DNA from: Cyanophora paradoxa CCMP329
Taxonomy: Eukaryota; Plantae; Glaucophyta
Length of the DNA: 64,000 nt
Direction of reading: 5' to 3'
Assembly: GCA_004431415.1 (NCBI GenBank)
Contig: QPMI01000439.1
Location: forward strand, 437,289-501,288
Program-made: the position numbers and the translations under genes
Part shown: positions 1 to 13,500 of the stretch, one piece after another
How the letters are laid out: the number at the start of each line of letters is the position of its first letter
Position numbering within the stretch: position 1 is the first letter of the stretch
Notes under the pieces: generated by a model
What the model saw: only the letters and a program-made list of their open reading frames with translations
Databases searched by the model: none
Told to the model about the DNA's origin: nothing

Positions 1-453
1 GTACCCGGCCCGGTGACCCGGGCCACCCGGCGCCGCGCACGGTGGCGGTGATTCGCCGGTGAATTCGAATCGCGGGTGAATCGCCAGTGATTCCTGTGAA
101 GCGACTCTTCACAGTGTTTTTAGTGTTGATCGGCGGACCGACGTCGACGCCGGTTTCTCGAGTTTTTTTCCCTTCGAGGTTTCGAATCGCGTAGCGAAAA
201 AAACGAGGATTCGGCTCCGACTCCTCCGAGCCACCGACGTCCGACGGTCAACTCCGGAGGCTCGGTTCCCGGCGGGGCCCGATCGCGAACAATGACGAAC
301 ATTGGTCGGATCATGATCATCGGATGTGCCACCACTGCGCATGCCACGTGCACGGTGCACGGTGCCCAGTGCCCACTGCCCAGTGCCCAATACCGTGTAA
401 CGGTGTAAGTACGGTGTAAGTTAACCGTGTAATTAAGTACACTTATTTACGTA

Positions 454-724
454 CCGTAAAACACTTAAGTAATGCGCCGGTAAGTAATGCGTTTTTGGAC
501 CCGAACCCCCAGTACGGTTCATTATGCGCCCCCGAATTAATGCGTTTTGAAGCCTTCTGGCTGCATGAGGGGGGTACATACCGCAGTTTTCTTAGCGCCG
601 GCTTAGCGCTTGGATATTAATGCGCCCCCAAATTAATGCGTTTTGCCAGCGGAAAACGCATTATTTCGGGACCGCATTACTTAAGTCACAAGTTAAGTGC
701 CCGCATTACTTAAGTGTTTTACGG
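454..724. mobile_element. MITE, Tc1/mariner-like (TA target duplication)
   Basis: Perfect inverted repeat taccgtaaaacacttaagtaatgcg (452-476) / cgcattacttaagtgttttacggta (702-726). The outer TA dinucleotides fit a TA TSD. Internal taatgcg sub-repeats; no credible ORF. Confidence 0.7.
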
Positions 725-926
725 TATACTGCGCCACAGCACCTTGGGGGCCGCAGCATCGCGATCGGCCTCGAAAATATATTATTTGTTAGCAAAGGGG
801 GTAATATTTAATACTGCGCTACCAAATTACTGCGTTCTAAAATTTTTGAGCGCAGTGCCACGGTGATATGGTAGCGCACGGCGCAGTACAGTGTACGTAT
901 ACGTAGTAGTTACACGAACTGCCCAT

Positions 927-1337
927 CAGTGTTGCTGAAATTTTATTATCCCAAAATGCCCTGTAAATTTTCAGTAAACTTTCGAAAACTTTCAGCAAAT
1001 GTATCTTTGCCGTTCTTTCAGTAAATGAGGTGCAGATGTATCTTTGCCGTTCTTTTCACGTTGGGGAGGGGGGTACGGTTCCTGAAAAATGCATACTCTG
1101 GTCTCTTGACACCAGCAGAGACCGCCAGAATGTGTGGCCCTCGTTTATGGCCCTCGTTTCGACGGATTTGACCCTCGTTTATGGCGTGAAACGCCCCCAG
1201 AATGGCCTCTTCAACGGTACCCCCCTTACAAATTTATTGAAAGTTTTCATTGCTCATTTTGGAGGTGAAAATTTACTGAAAATTTACATGAAAATTTTCA
1301 AGTTGAAAGTTTGGAAAGTGAAAGTTTAGCATCACTG
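927..1337. mobile_element. Non-autonomous hAT-type MITE
   Basis: Exact 8-bp TSD ctgcccat at 919-926 and 1338-1345. Imperfect TIRs cagtgttgctgaaa / tttagcatcactg. AT-rich interior. Confidence 0.8.
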
Positions 1338-1508
1338 CTGCCCATGGCCACGTGCTTTGCACTGCCGCAGTGCATGCGCGCAGGCTGCAGCCTGTATGCG
1401 CAGCTGCCCACTGCACGCGCGGCAGTGCCCGCTGCCCACTGCCCACTACATAGCGATACCGGTACGTACACATACCAAATGTGATAAGCAGGCTATAAAT
1501 AGCTATAG

Positions 1509-4500
1509 CTAGCGGGGGCCGGCGCCGACGAGGAGGGCCGCCGCCTCTAGATCTTCGATCTCGAGCTGGTCCTCCCCCACGGCCACGACGGGTACCGCGG
1601 CCGCGAGCTCGGGGGCCCGCCTCTCCAGCTCCTTGAGCTTCACCTGCGTAAGATTCGAGTCAGCCTGGCAGTAACTATGTGTATATATACTGCTCTAATT
1701 CTAGTTACTGTATAGTCTATACCGTAACTACTAGGCTATACCGTAGTACGTCAGTTCGAGAGCGTGAAGCTTAAGTCTAAGTGCGGCGGTTCGGGTTCGA
1801 ACCGGGGTGGGGCCCTCCGCCTTCATGATCAGGTCGTCGCCCGAGAGCGAGGGCGCCACGCGGCAGGCCCCAGCGCGGGAGGGCCCGAGGGCGGCGCCGG
1901 CATCGGGGAGGCGTATGTCGATGTCGAGTTGGTCGTCGGGAGAGGCGACGGGCTCGTCCTGCGGACGCCGCCGTCAGCGGACTCCCGGGAGTTCCCCGCC
2001 CGATCCAGATCCAGACTCCAGAGCGAGGCTGACTCCCGGCAGGGAAAGCGACCTCGCAGCGGGAAGCTAAGCATGGCTCTCAAAGACAGCGAAACCGCTC
2101 ATCGGTTCCCTTGAAACCGCTCATTGGTTCCCTTATAATTATAAAAAGGCAGGCGCCGGCTTGCGCCCTGGGCTCTTTCTCGTCCTTATCTCGGTCCCGG
2201 CCAATCTAGATCTCAACGGCGCGCCGGTCGCCGCCGGAGGCAAGGCGGGGCGGGGGAGGAGCGCGAGGTCGATATATGTCGGGTCCGCGCCCTATATATA
2301 GCTATATATAGCTCGGCCCATCTAGATCTCAACGTTAACGGCGCGCCGGTCGCCGCCGGAGGCGAGGCGGGGGAGGAGCGCGAGGTCGCCGCTTTTTAGG
2401 TGAGAAAGGCAGTGGATAGGATCGAGAGCACTGACCGCGCCAGCGGAGGCGGGCGGCGGTACCGGTGTCCCCTCTAATATAATAGGCGCCCCGGACCGGA
2501 GATCTAATAGAGCGCGCATGCGCATGCGCAGCGCCGGTGCCGGAGGCGATCTAGACTAGATCTAGATCTAGACTAGACGCGAGCCCGAGCTCCAGGCGCG
2601 GTCGACGGCGCACCGGCCGCCGCCGCCGGTGCCGGAGGCGATCTAGACTAGATCTAGATCTGGACTCAGCCGTTCTAGATCTAGACTAGACGCGAGCCGG
2701 AGCTCCAGGCGTCTAGACGAGGACCGCTCAGCGGCTCTGGATCCCGGACTAAACTCGAGCTCGCCCTCCATAATATATGTCGGGCGCCCGGCCGGCGCCC
2801 TATAGCTATAGCTATATATATATATAGCGCCCTAGTACGGTTTTGGGCCCGGCGAAACGGCACCGGCGCACCGGTCGCCGGTGCCGGAGGCGAGGCGAGC
2901 GAGGAGGTCTGCCGAGGCCAGCAGCATGCTCCCCTTCCTCTGCGCGCGGGGCGGCCGACGTCGTCGACGTCAGCGTCGCTCGAGCACAAAACGTTCTACA
3001 TCTCGCGATCGGTTCGCTGCTTGTCTAAGCCTTCGAGTTCATGATAAGGTTCGACGCTTGTTGAAGCCTTAATTAACGGTAATGACAATGATATCGATCT
3101 TGTTTGCCAAGTTGGGCAAGAAGCTTAAGGGGGCCCAAGGAGGAAGCTCAAGCTCGCTCGCCTGCAGAACGCCGCGGGCGCGCTCGGCGGGCTTCAGAGC
3201 CGCCGGGTTCGCCTTCTTCAGCGCCTCCGCCTGCGGCCCGTGCCCGTCCGTCATTGGCATCGAACTCGAGGCCCCGAACTATGGGGCAGCCCCAAAGCTT
3301 TAAGCTTGTGTAGCGATATCGATACATATATAGAGATAATAACTCAAAAGTATGATCCGTAATGTTAGGTCCGGATCCGGGTAGCGCTAGCTTAGCGCTC
3401 GCTTAGCGCTCGCTCGCCTGCTCGGTCGCGGCGACGATGCGCCCGACCGCCTCGTTCAGCTTGCCGAGCGTCGCCCCGACAGAATCTGAGGGGGACAAGC
3501 TAAAGGTGAGCGGAGTCGAAGACCGAACTTTCGATCCAAGCTTGAAGCATCTTCCGAGTTTAATTATAATTTCAAGCATCTCCAAGCTTAAACATCTTCT
3601 AATCTATAATTATATAAGGTTCGAGCATCTCGTCATCTCGTACGATTATGGCGGTGACGGCGATCATGAGCGGAGATTAGATCAAAGACCGAACTTCGGA
3701 TCCAAGCTTAAATTAAACATCCTCTTCTAATTATATAAGTCTCAAGCATCCCATCATCTCGAACGGATATAAATAGATGTATGCGTGCCTGCTTCTCGGT
3801 GCTGCGGGCCCACAGGTCCAGCGTCGTGTGCCGCGCGTCCGCGAAGCTGTCCATCCCTGTACCCCCGGCCCCGGACCCGGTCCGCGCGCGAGTTGGGTAC
3901 AGGGGGATACAAGGATAGGAAAGGCGGGTACAACGCCGACGTCGACGGCGCCGCTGGCGCATGCGCACCGTCCGGCAGCATGGGAGAGAATCGGTAGAAC
4001 TGGGGGGGGGGGGGGGGGGGGTAGCGTCAGATAGCGCCCCGTACCCCCGGCTTCCAGAGGAGGGGTACGGGTGTGGTGCGCACGTTGTCCCTCAGGATCG
4101 AATCCATCATCTGGTTGGTCATGTCGCTGCTGCCGTCCATGATGCAGCTGCGCGCCGGTGCGGGGGGGGGGGGGGGTACGCGGGCGTGAGCTTGAGATCG
4201 GGTCGGGGGTTACGCAGCCGGGGCCGTTACTCGAGCATGGGGTGGATCCACCTGCGGAGGAACGGTCAGCAGCGACTTGGCCAATTGGGCTGCTGGTACA
4301 TAGGGAAGGGGGGGGGGGGGGGCGGGGGGGGGAGGGGGGGAGGGGGTGGAGGGGGTGCCGAGGGGGCTGCGCTCACTTGAGCAGACTCCACTTGGATACC
4401 GCGTCGTGGTGGTAGGGGGTATCGCAGCTGCGCGGCGGTACGCGTCAGCCCGGACCGACTACGGGGTGGGTCGATTCCGAAGCGCACTTTCCAGTACCCA

Positions 4501-5986
4501 ACGACACAACCACGATCTCGCGCCCTGCGCAGCCCAAAGGCCGATGTAAGCTCGGGGAGATGGGTACCGGTGGAGGGGTTTCAAGCATCGACGGGCTTAC
4601 CGGGGTACAGCTTCGACGCCTCGAACCAGCCGACTGGGGGGGTACGCGCATGCGTATGCACGGTCAGAGGAGGAGAGGCGCGGGGGTACGCGCCGCTCAC
4701 GGAGGGCAGGGTTGTTCGCCTGCAAGATGCGGGCTACAGCATCAAACATCGATGTACCCCAAATGCGGGCAATACCGCGCGCACCACCATGCCCCCGTCC
4801 ACAAAAGTCGAGTACCCCCTCTGCCGGTAGACCAGCGGCATCTTGATCTTGTGGGGGGGAAGGAACCCGGGCGCCGCGGTTGTCGCCTGCGCGGGCACAC
4901 CTCGGGTTCGAATCCAGGCAGGTCTGTTCAAGACGACTTTGAAGCATTCCGCGTACCCTCCCGACGTCGTAGAGGGTATGATCGTGCGTGTCGGGAAACT
5001 CCTTTGCGCGCCTGCACCGAAAGGAAGGGCCGGCGCCCCGCGATAAGATATCCGTACCCCATCGAGCGTTCCCCCCTGCCCTGCCCCGGTACCCCCACCT
5101 GCTCTTGAAGTAGTGTGGTTCGCGCTGCTCGAGGTTGTAGGAAACGACCTGCGGGGGTACAGGCACCTGAGCCGCCTGGGATCGGGGGTACGCTGTTCCC
5201 GCGCACCAGCACATCCGTGACGCAGTCCGAGAGCTTCAGGTCGGTTCCGAAGAGGCCCTTCATGAATCCGTGTACCCCCTTCTCGCCTGCGCGGGGCGGC
5301 CGGGGCTGAGGGTGTGTGTGAAGACACGGGGGTATCGCTGCGCACCGTACACAGAGCCGCCGCGAAGCTGCCGAAGCAGCCGCTGGGCACGACTTCGCGG
5401 GCGCGGGAAGACTTTGTGGCCCCTGCACGACCCATCTTGAGCACGGCGGCAGAGCCGCTGGCCTAGAACACCTAACAGCGGCGCAGCGCACACCGATCAT
5501 AGAGCATCTGGATCTGCGGGGCGCGGGGGACGCTCGGCTCAGTGGTTTTGAAGCGATAGTTAGCTAGCCAAGGGTGCGCACGTGTTTCTCGACGTCGCCC
5601 ACGTACTTGCCGTCCTTGTCCTGCGCACGCGAGGCGGGGCCGCGGGCTCAAGACTCGATGACGCAGCGAGCTCGCTGCGAGGGAGCAGCGCGCCTTGCAC
5701 GTCAGGCCCAGCGCGGTGATTCCGCCGGCGCTCGTGCCCACAATCAGATCGAAGAGCTCCGCTATTGGCTGCGCTCGGGCGCCGGATCGGAGTCGGCCAC
5801 CGGCTGATCTGGTGGAAGGCAATGGAAGCGAAGCGCGTCGCGCACCTTTTTGGCGCGTTTCTCGATGTACGAAAGCATCTTCAGGAGGCAGATGCCCCGG
5901 AGCCCGCCGCCGTCCAACGAGAGGACCCGGACGGGCGGGAGCGCGCCAGCGTCCGCGGCCGGGCCGGAGGCGGTCGCTTTATCCAT
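1509..5986 (-). CDS. Host patatin-like phospholipase, multi-exon (3' exons below ~3.0 kb tentative)
   Basis: Exons give VRVLSLDGGGLRG, FDLIVGTSAGG (GxSxG), ATTAAPGFLPP, FVDGG, ANNP, VVVSLGTG and FYRFSP. A putative last exon VKLKELE...GPR* ends at 1509. Confidence 0.85.
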
Positions 5987-6532
5987 CGGGAATCAACGAA
6001 TGCCGAACGATTCCGTGGCCGATCGCTGGCGCCTGCAGATACAGCCGAAAGGCGAGCTGCGCCGACAGCTCCGAGTCGGGCTCTACGCGATCCGCGGAGG
6101 CTCGATCTTTCTCCCCATGCCCACGCGCACTCTCTTTAGCGTTTCAAGGACACAAAGGCCCCACGGCAGGCGACTGGCGCTTGTCGGTTTTCGCCCGTCG
6201 AAGAGACAGTCGGATTCAATGGCTGGAGAAGGCGGTGAGGCCCTTAGCTCTACTATTAGAACGGGACTAGCTCCGCGCGTCGCTGCGTGCGCTCCGGGGA
6301 CGCGCTTCTTTAGGTCGCACGCTCGCGTACCCCGTCAGTCGCGACCAACGCCGACCATCGACCTGCGATCCTGGCGTTCTCGGCTGGCGCCCGGGCGTTC
6401 TTCGGACGTCGCCCCGTCCCAGCGACCTTTACAGGCCACCGGCAAGCGCTCCGGTGCCCAGTCGGCGCGGCGAGGGCGCAGAGCACGGCATCGGCGCCCA
6501 GCGAGCGCACGCTGTCGGCCGGGCATCGGAAG

Positions 6533-9370
6533 ATGGTAGCCAAGCTAAGACTCGGGTACGCGTGCATCAACGAGCTCCTGAAAGAGCAGGGTGAGCGCTT
6601 CGCCATTTTCTAGAAAGCTCGATCGCAAGGACCAAGCGCAAAGCGAGCTAGGCGCGCTCTAGAAGTTCGCACTTCGCGCGTATGCGGGCGCCTCGGCCCC
6701 GCGCGATCGTTCCACCGCGCGCGTGCCTCCCCACGCGTACGCTGACCCTGGGATTGCCACGCGCGTGCAGATATCCGAGCGAACCGCACGCTGGTTCTAA
6801 AGACAATACATAAGGAGGGAGTCCAAGAGGCGAAGCGGCGGGCCCTTGCAAACGCGCGCCCGCCCCCGCCCGAGCTCAGTTTCCTTCCCGCGTTATCCTG
6901 ACGCCCCGCATTGCAGGTGGCGGACCTGAAGCCCATCCTGGAGTGGAATGAAAGGCACGAGATTCGCTTCTTCCGTCTCGTGCGCCCAGCGCCGCCCAGC
7001 GCGAAGCTCCGGATTTCATAGCCACCCGCGCTCACGTGCGCCACGTGCGCTCTCCTCGCAGGGCAGCGACCTCTTTCCCTTCGCTTCCCGTGCGCGCTCG
7101 CGCTGCGCCGCGTTTCCGCTGGAATCGAGGCTTGGCTTACGTTCGCGGCGCTCGCAGACAAGGAGGTCGGGTACGACGTCTCGTTCGCGGCCGCGGAGCT
7201 GCGGGAGGTCGGCGACCTTGCGAAGCGGCTCGGGCACCGCCTCACATCGCACCCGGTGTGCCACGCGCCGCCCGCATGCAGCTCGCGCAATTTGATCCCG
7301 GATTCGAATTCGATCTCAGGGCCAGTACAACAACCTGACATCGCCCGAGTCGTGCGTTGATTGTACCCCGCTGCTGCAAGCAGAACTCTCGCCGCGGCGC
7401 GCCTGCTCACGCCCCCCACAGGAAGATCGTCGAGAATTCGATCCGCGAGCTGCAGTACCACGCCGACGTTTTCGACCTCATGGGCCTCGACGCGGTGCGG
7501 TACCCCCCCCCGCCGCTCCGTAAATCGCGTACCCTTACGTGCCGGGTACCTCTCAGGACTCTGTAATGGTCCTGCACGGCGGAGGGGCGTACGGGGATAA
7601 GAAGTCGGCCCTCGAGCGGTTCGAGCGCAACTTCCAGGCTCTACCCCCCTCCGTCGCCCGGCGGCTCGTCCTCGAGAACGACGAGTGCGGCGTCGTACCC
7701 CCCCCCCGGAACCCGTCTTCGGCCGTACCCCACCGACCCCGTCCGCAGCAAAGTCTACAACGTCGAGGACCTCCTACCCCTCTGCGACCGGCTTGAGATC
7801 CCTTTGGGTCCGCCCCCCCCCCCCCCCCCACCCCCTTCCCCGTCCCCCTTCGAGTCCCATACCCCGGCACTGATCCTCCCCCCAGTGCTCGACTGGCACC
7901 ACGACAAGTGCCTCCCCTCCTCGCAGCCCATAGCTGCCTACCTCGACGTGCGTACCCCCATCCCTTCCACCCCCCTCCCCCGCCATTCCTTTTCGCGGCA
8001 CCTCCCTCCCCCTTGCTCGACCCATTGGTGATTGTACCCCCGCAGGACATCGCGCGGACGTGGACGCGGCGCGGGATCCGGCAGGTCGGCGCCCGTACCC
8101 CCCTCCCCCCCCCCCCGGGCCCGGAGGAAGTCTCACTCCGATCCCCCGCAGAAGCAACACCAGAGCGAGAGCGCGCCGGGCGCGAACCCCTGCGCCCACT
8201 CCGACTACGTCGAGGTATCCCCTACCCCTCCCCCCCCTCCCCCGCCGCTCTCATCGCCCGCCTGTTCGCTCGCCCGCGCAGGAGCTGCCGGCGCTCTGCC
8301 TGGGTACAGACGTCGACCTCATGATCGAGGCCAAGATGAAGGAGCAGGCGAGCGCTCCCCTATCTCGTACCCCCCTCCCCGTTTAGATCTCTGATCGCCG
8401 CGAGCAGGCGGTGCTGCACCTGTACCGGAAGAACCCCTGGCTGATCGACGGGGGGCTCTGGGCCCGCCTCGACGCCGAGCGAGCCTGGCCTGAGGTCCGA
8501 CGCCCCGCCCCGCCCCGCCCCGCCTCGCCTTGCTCTAGTCCTGCGAGCGCTTTTCCTCGCTCGGCACTTCTTCTTTTTCTGAGGAGCGTTCGCCCGCCCG
8601 GTTCGCCCGCAGGTGAACGGGTTCCGGTACGGGGAGGTGCCCGAAGGCGAGGAGGGCGACGAGGATGAGTGCGAGCGAGCCGAGCGCTACGTCGAGAAGG
8701 TCTTCGTTTCCCTTTTCCTTTCGTTTTTGTTTTGTTTCCGTTTCTTATTTGTCGGGCAGGACGAGGAAGAGTACGCAGAGCGACGAAGGGCGAAGGGGCG
8801 AGGCGCCGGCGCCGGCGCGGGGCGACCGAAGCGGGGGAAGAAGGCGGAGGAGGTGGAGGCGGCGCCTGCAGAGAATTGCGGGAAGGAGGAGGAGGAGGAG
8901 GAGGCGGGGCGGGGCCGGAGGCGGACCCGTGCCAGGAGAACGCCGGCGGCCTCGAGCTCGAAGCCCGCCAAGCTCAAGCGGCGGGCGGCGGCCGAGGAGA
9001 TGGAGGAGGGGCTGGGGGAGGGGGCGGGGGCCCCCGCGCGGCGGACGCGGGCCCGGACGGTGTCAGCGGCGGCGGCCCCGGCGGCGAGCCGGCGGAGGGG
9101 CAAGCGGGCGGCGGGCGAGGAGGAGGAGGAGGGGGTACGGCGACGGCGGCCGCGGAGGGGGCTGGTACCCCGGCGCGGGCGAAGCGGGCACGCTCGGCGG
9201 CGCCGGCCGTGCCGCAGACCGCGGCGCCGGCGCGGGGGCGGAAGCGGGGCCGAGGGGGGGCCGAGGCCGAGGGGGGGGAGGCCGGGGGGCTCGAGGGCCC
9301 GGAGGGGGGTACAGCCGGCGGGCGGGCGGCGCTCTCCTCCTCGGCGCCGAGCTCGTCCGGCGAAGAGTAG
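6533..9370 (+). CDS. uvdE: UV-damage endonuclease (UVDE/Uve1 family) with low-complexity acidic/basic C-terminal tail, multi-exon
   Basis: Spliced exons give LGYACIN, LEWNERHEIRFFRL.SDLFPFAS, HRLTSHPGQY, LQYHADVFDLMGL, MVLHGGGAYGDK, RLVLENDE, VLDWHH, AHSDYV and DLMIEAKMKEQAV. Divergent from the patatin gene across ~550 bp. Confidence 0.93.
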
Positions 9371-9745
9371 TCTAGCTCCCGATCGAGGCCCTCGGGTAAC
9401 TCGAATAATTAATATCCGTTTTAATCTCTTTGTCCTTCATCTTTTCACGCGCGGAAGATCGCCGCCGCTGCACCGGATCCCGTAAAAGCTTGTACATCGC
9501 ATGTATCATTATGGCAGTTGGAGCTTGCTGTTTCAGCCTGCCAGGCTGTATGTGCGGACAGTGCGGTGTGGCCCAAGAGGCTATCGCTAGCCTGCGCCTG
9601 CGCATGCGCATGCGCGTGGCAGCGAAGCGGAAGGGCCCAGCTGCAGCGCTAACGCAAGCATGCCAAGTTGTGCAAGCGCTATAGCTACAAGCTACAGGCG
9701 CGCTCATGCGGCGAGTCGACGTCATGCCATGATGATCAGCGGCTA

Positions 9746-9872
9746 ATTTTTTAATGGTCCGGCCGAGCCGCTGGAAAAGCCTGGAAACAGCGGCGCGTGG
9801 GGACTCACTGGGGAGGGGGGCAACCCCCTCCCTGCCTGGCCGGACCTATAGCTATCCGAGCAAATTTTTTTT
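9746..9872. other. 127-bp highly self-complementary insert between 17-bp direct repeats
   Basis: atgatgatcagcggcta at 9729-9745 and 9873-9889. Internal stems ggtccggcc/ggccggacc, gccgctg/cagcggc and gggaggggg/ccccctccc. T-tracts at both ends. Confidence 0.45.
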
Positions 9873-10515
9873 ATGATGATCAGCGGCTACTACGTATACG
9901 CCGGCTAGCGCCGAGCGCCGCAAATCGATACCGGTATACGTACCGGCGGGTATCGATGTCGATCGCCAGCCTGGGCAGCTAGAGTCGCCGAGTCGACGCA
10001 GACTCGTCGCAGAGTCGACGTCGACGTCGACGTCGAGGCTCGGTCGAGCTCGAGCTCGATCCACGAGCTCGAGCTGCGGCCCTGCGAGCGCTAGCCTAGC
10101 CCGGCCGCTGAGCCTAGCGGCGAGTCGCGATCGCGACAGCTCCGCCGGCGCCGGACCGCCGCGGGCCCGCGGCCCGCGGCCGATCGCGAGCGCCGCTGCT
10201 CCAGCCCTCCGAGTCTCCAACAGCAAACCGGCATCAGGGGGGTACACGGAAAGCAACCTATACAGGCAATGGAAAGCTCGGCTAGCTAAGCGCTCACGAT
10301 CGGAATCATGTGTATGCCCCGCGCCGGCACCAGCGCCATCAGCAGCAGCAACGCAAGATAGTTTTTACACATAGCTGCGGGCCTGCGGCAGCGCTCTGGA
10401 AGGCTGAACGCGATCCGGCGCGGCGCAGCGGTTGCATGACCAGCAGCTCGACCCGAGGGTCAGCAGTTGATCTCAGCTAGCGTTGTTCGGCATTAGCAGC
10501 TGAGCGTTGACCACT

Positions 10516-13500
10516 ATGCCGAGCTGGCGGCCCCCGGAGGCGGGAGCGGGCTCGCCCGCCGCGGTCAGTCAGAAAGCGCGACCGGAGCTGATGCGCTTCT
10601 TGCCGCGGTGAGCATGGATCGCGCAAAGCATGCAGAATGCGCCGTGCGACCTCTGACCTCCGCCGCAGCGCGGTTCTCTCGCAGCGACGCGCCCGGGAAG
10701 GCTTCGGCGTCGTCGTCTTGTTCGGTGCGCGCGCGCTGCCTTCTTGGCGTGCGGAAATCGCCTGAAACGTGTTCTCGCAGATGTGGCCGGCTTCTCCAGT
10801 GCGCCCCCGCGCGAGCGGGGCGATCCCGGACCCCGAGCGCGAGCTTACCCAAGCGCGCGCGCCCAGCGCTCTGCGAGCGGATGGGCGGCTCTGATGAGGA
10901 GATCGAGGGACTGTCCGCGGTGATTAACGATGTGTTCGGCGTCGAGATCGGTCTGGTGGAAGGTGCTCCGCTTCCGCACGGGCCGCTGCTCTCTTTCCCG
11001 CCCCGCTTGACAGCAGCGCCTTCGAATTCGCTGGGCAGAGTTCGACGGCGACGTCATCTCGTTCCTCGGGGACGGCCTTCTGGCCGCGTGGATGGTCGCC
11101 GGCGGCGAGGGCGAGTCCGAGCGCTCCGCCGCCGCCGCCTCGAAGGCCGTCCAGGCCCGTACCCCCCTCCCCTTCCCCCCCCGGCGCCGTGCTCACGTGA
11201 CCTCATCCCGCAGTGCGCGCTCCGGGTACAGAACATCTTCGAATCGCGGCCCAGGTGCGTGACCTCCTTCCCCCCCCCTCCCCCCCTCCACTCTCTCTCT
11301 CGCTTACCGCTGCGCTTGGTCAGGTCCAGCGGCCGAGTGGAGATGCGGCTAAGGGCGGCGGTGGCCGCGGGCACTGTGCGCGAGTACCGCTGCGGGTCAG
11401 ACGGCAGCGAATTCCGGTCCGCGCGCCCGCTCGAATCCGGCCGGGTCCCTTTCATGTGCCCGCGTGCCCCAGGGACATTCGCGTCACGAGCCCGCAACAC
11501 TCCTCGGTCCCCGGTTCGACTCCCGTCGCGGCCCTTTCGCCGCGGCCCCCGACTCCTTCGTTCCCAGGGCGATACGTTTACTTCATACGGAGCCCCGCGA
11601 TTGGCGAGGCTGGGGCGGCCCTCTCGCAGCTCCACAGGGGCGAGACCGCACTGTACGCCCCCTGCCTTCGCCCCCCCCCCCCCCCGGGTACAGCCCTGGG
11701 GACAGGGCCGACTGACTCCTTTTTTCCTTCTCGCCGGCAGCTGCGCCTCGGTGCTGCCCCATCTACCCCCCTCCTGCGTCTCCGTATCCCGGCGCCTCTC
11801 CCACATCGATTCCACTTCGTTCTCCGACACCAACACTTCGACGTCGCTGTCCACCGTCCGGCTCCCCACGCTCCAGCCGCCCAGCCCCGCCCGCGCGGCA
11901 CCCCCCTCGCCCTCCCTCCCCCCCATTCGAAGCGCCCGATCCAGCCCTGCCCCGGGGCCCGTTGTGGCCCGGCCTGAAACCGCCGATCTCCTTGACTCTC
12001 ACTCCGTCGGCGTCTTCATACCCCGCCAGCGTGCGCTGTACCCCCCTCCTTTTTCTCCCTTCGATTGATCTGGCCCCTGTACCCCCCCCCCCCTACAGAG
12101 CCCTCCCCGTCCAGGGGTGCCTCGTCCGATTCGCCCCTCCCCTGGACCGAGCTCGAGCTCTTCGGTGAACGGTACCCCCCCTTCGCGCCGCTCTGCCCTG
12201 ACCTGTCTTTTCCGCCCCAGTGCCCTGCACCGTTCGGGACCGGTGGGAGGAGGACCCCATGGCGGGGGGTAGCCCCCTCACCACCCGCGCCAACGTTGAC
12301 CTATCCCGCTTCAACTCTGAGGCGCGTACTCCTTTGGATTGGATTGGATCCCACTCCTGTCCCCCCGCACCACCATTCGGATTCATGTACCCCTTCCGAC
12401 CCGCCACCGCAGTTCCGATCCGCGGCGGTCCTTTTTGCGGAGCTTCGCGGCCTCTCGCACGACCCCCCCGCCGTCCAGGTCCCGTACCCCTTCCTCGGAT
12501 GTGGAAATGGGGCCCGGCCCGATTCGAACCGCAGGCGGCGGTCCTCGCGATGCAGCGCGCGCTGTACACGTGGAGCGGGTCCCTGCGGCAGATCACCTTC
12601 GACGACAAGGTTCGAACCCGCGCGGCGCCACTTTGCGCTCTGCCCGGGATTTGATCTCGTGTTCCCCCCAGGGGCTCGTTTTCATTGGCGTCTGGGGTCT
12701 CTGGCCCCTGTCCCACGAGGACGACCCCGCCCGCGCCGTCCTTTGCGGTGATTCCAGTACCCCCTTCTTCCCCCCCCCCTAAAGTAGCGTACGCCTCACC
12801 GTCTTTCGGCCGCAGCCGTCGAGCTGAAGAGGGCTCTGGCCGGGCTCGGCGTATCCGTCAGTATCGGGTGCGGGCGTACCCCGGCAAAGCTTTCTCCCCC
12901 CTCCCCCTCCGCTGACTCCGCCCCCGCGTCGCCGACAGGGCCGCCGCGGGTCTCGTCTTCTGCACCTACGGTACCCCTGTCCATCCCTTTCGAATTCGCC
13001 GAACCCCCGTTCCGACCCTATGGCCAGTCGGCAACGCATCGCGATGCGAGTTCTCCGTCTTCGGATCGGTCGTCAACAAAGCAGGCGAGCGGCACACGTA
13101 CCCCCCTCGAGGCCGAGGGGGCGACCGCAGAGTACCGATTCGCCGTACCCCGCAGCGCGCCTGATGGCGAAGGCGGCTTCTGTGGAGGGACAGATCCTCG
13201 CCGACACGCGCTGCGCCGAGCTGGCGGGGTACGCCGCGATTCTCCTTCGAACCCCGTACCCCCTCGCCGATTCGAGGTTCCTATTTTTAGCCTCCGCGTG
13301 CCGATGGAGCTCGCCGGCAACTACACACTCAAGGGCTTCAAGGACTCGGTACCCCTCTCGAATTGATTCCACCCCGCATCCGAATTGATCTTCTCCCCCC
13401 CCCCCCCCCCCCCCCCACAGATCCCGGCGTTCCGTCTGCAGGCGGCGTCGAGCGGGCCGCCCCTGGGGCGGGCCGTGTCGGAGCGGAAGGGCAGCCTGTC

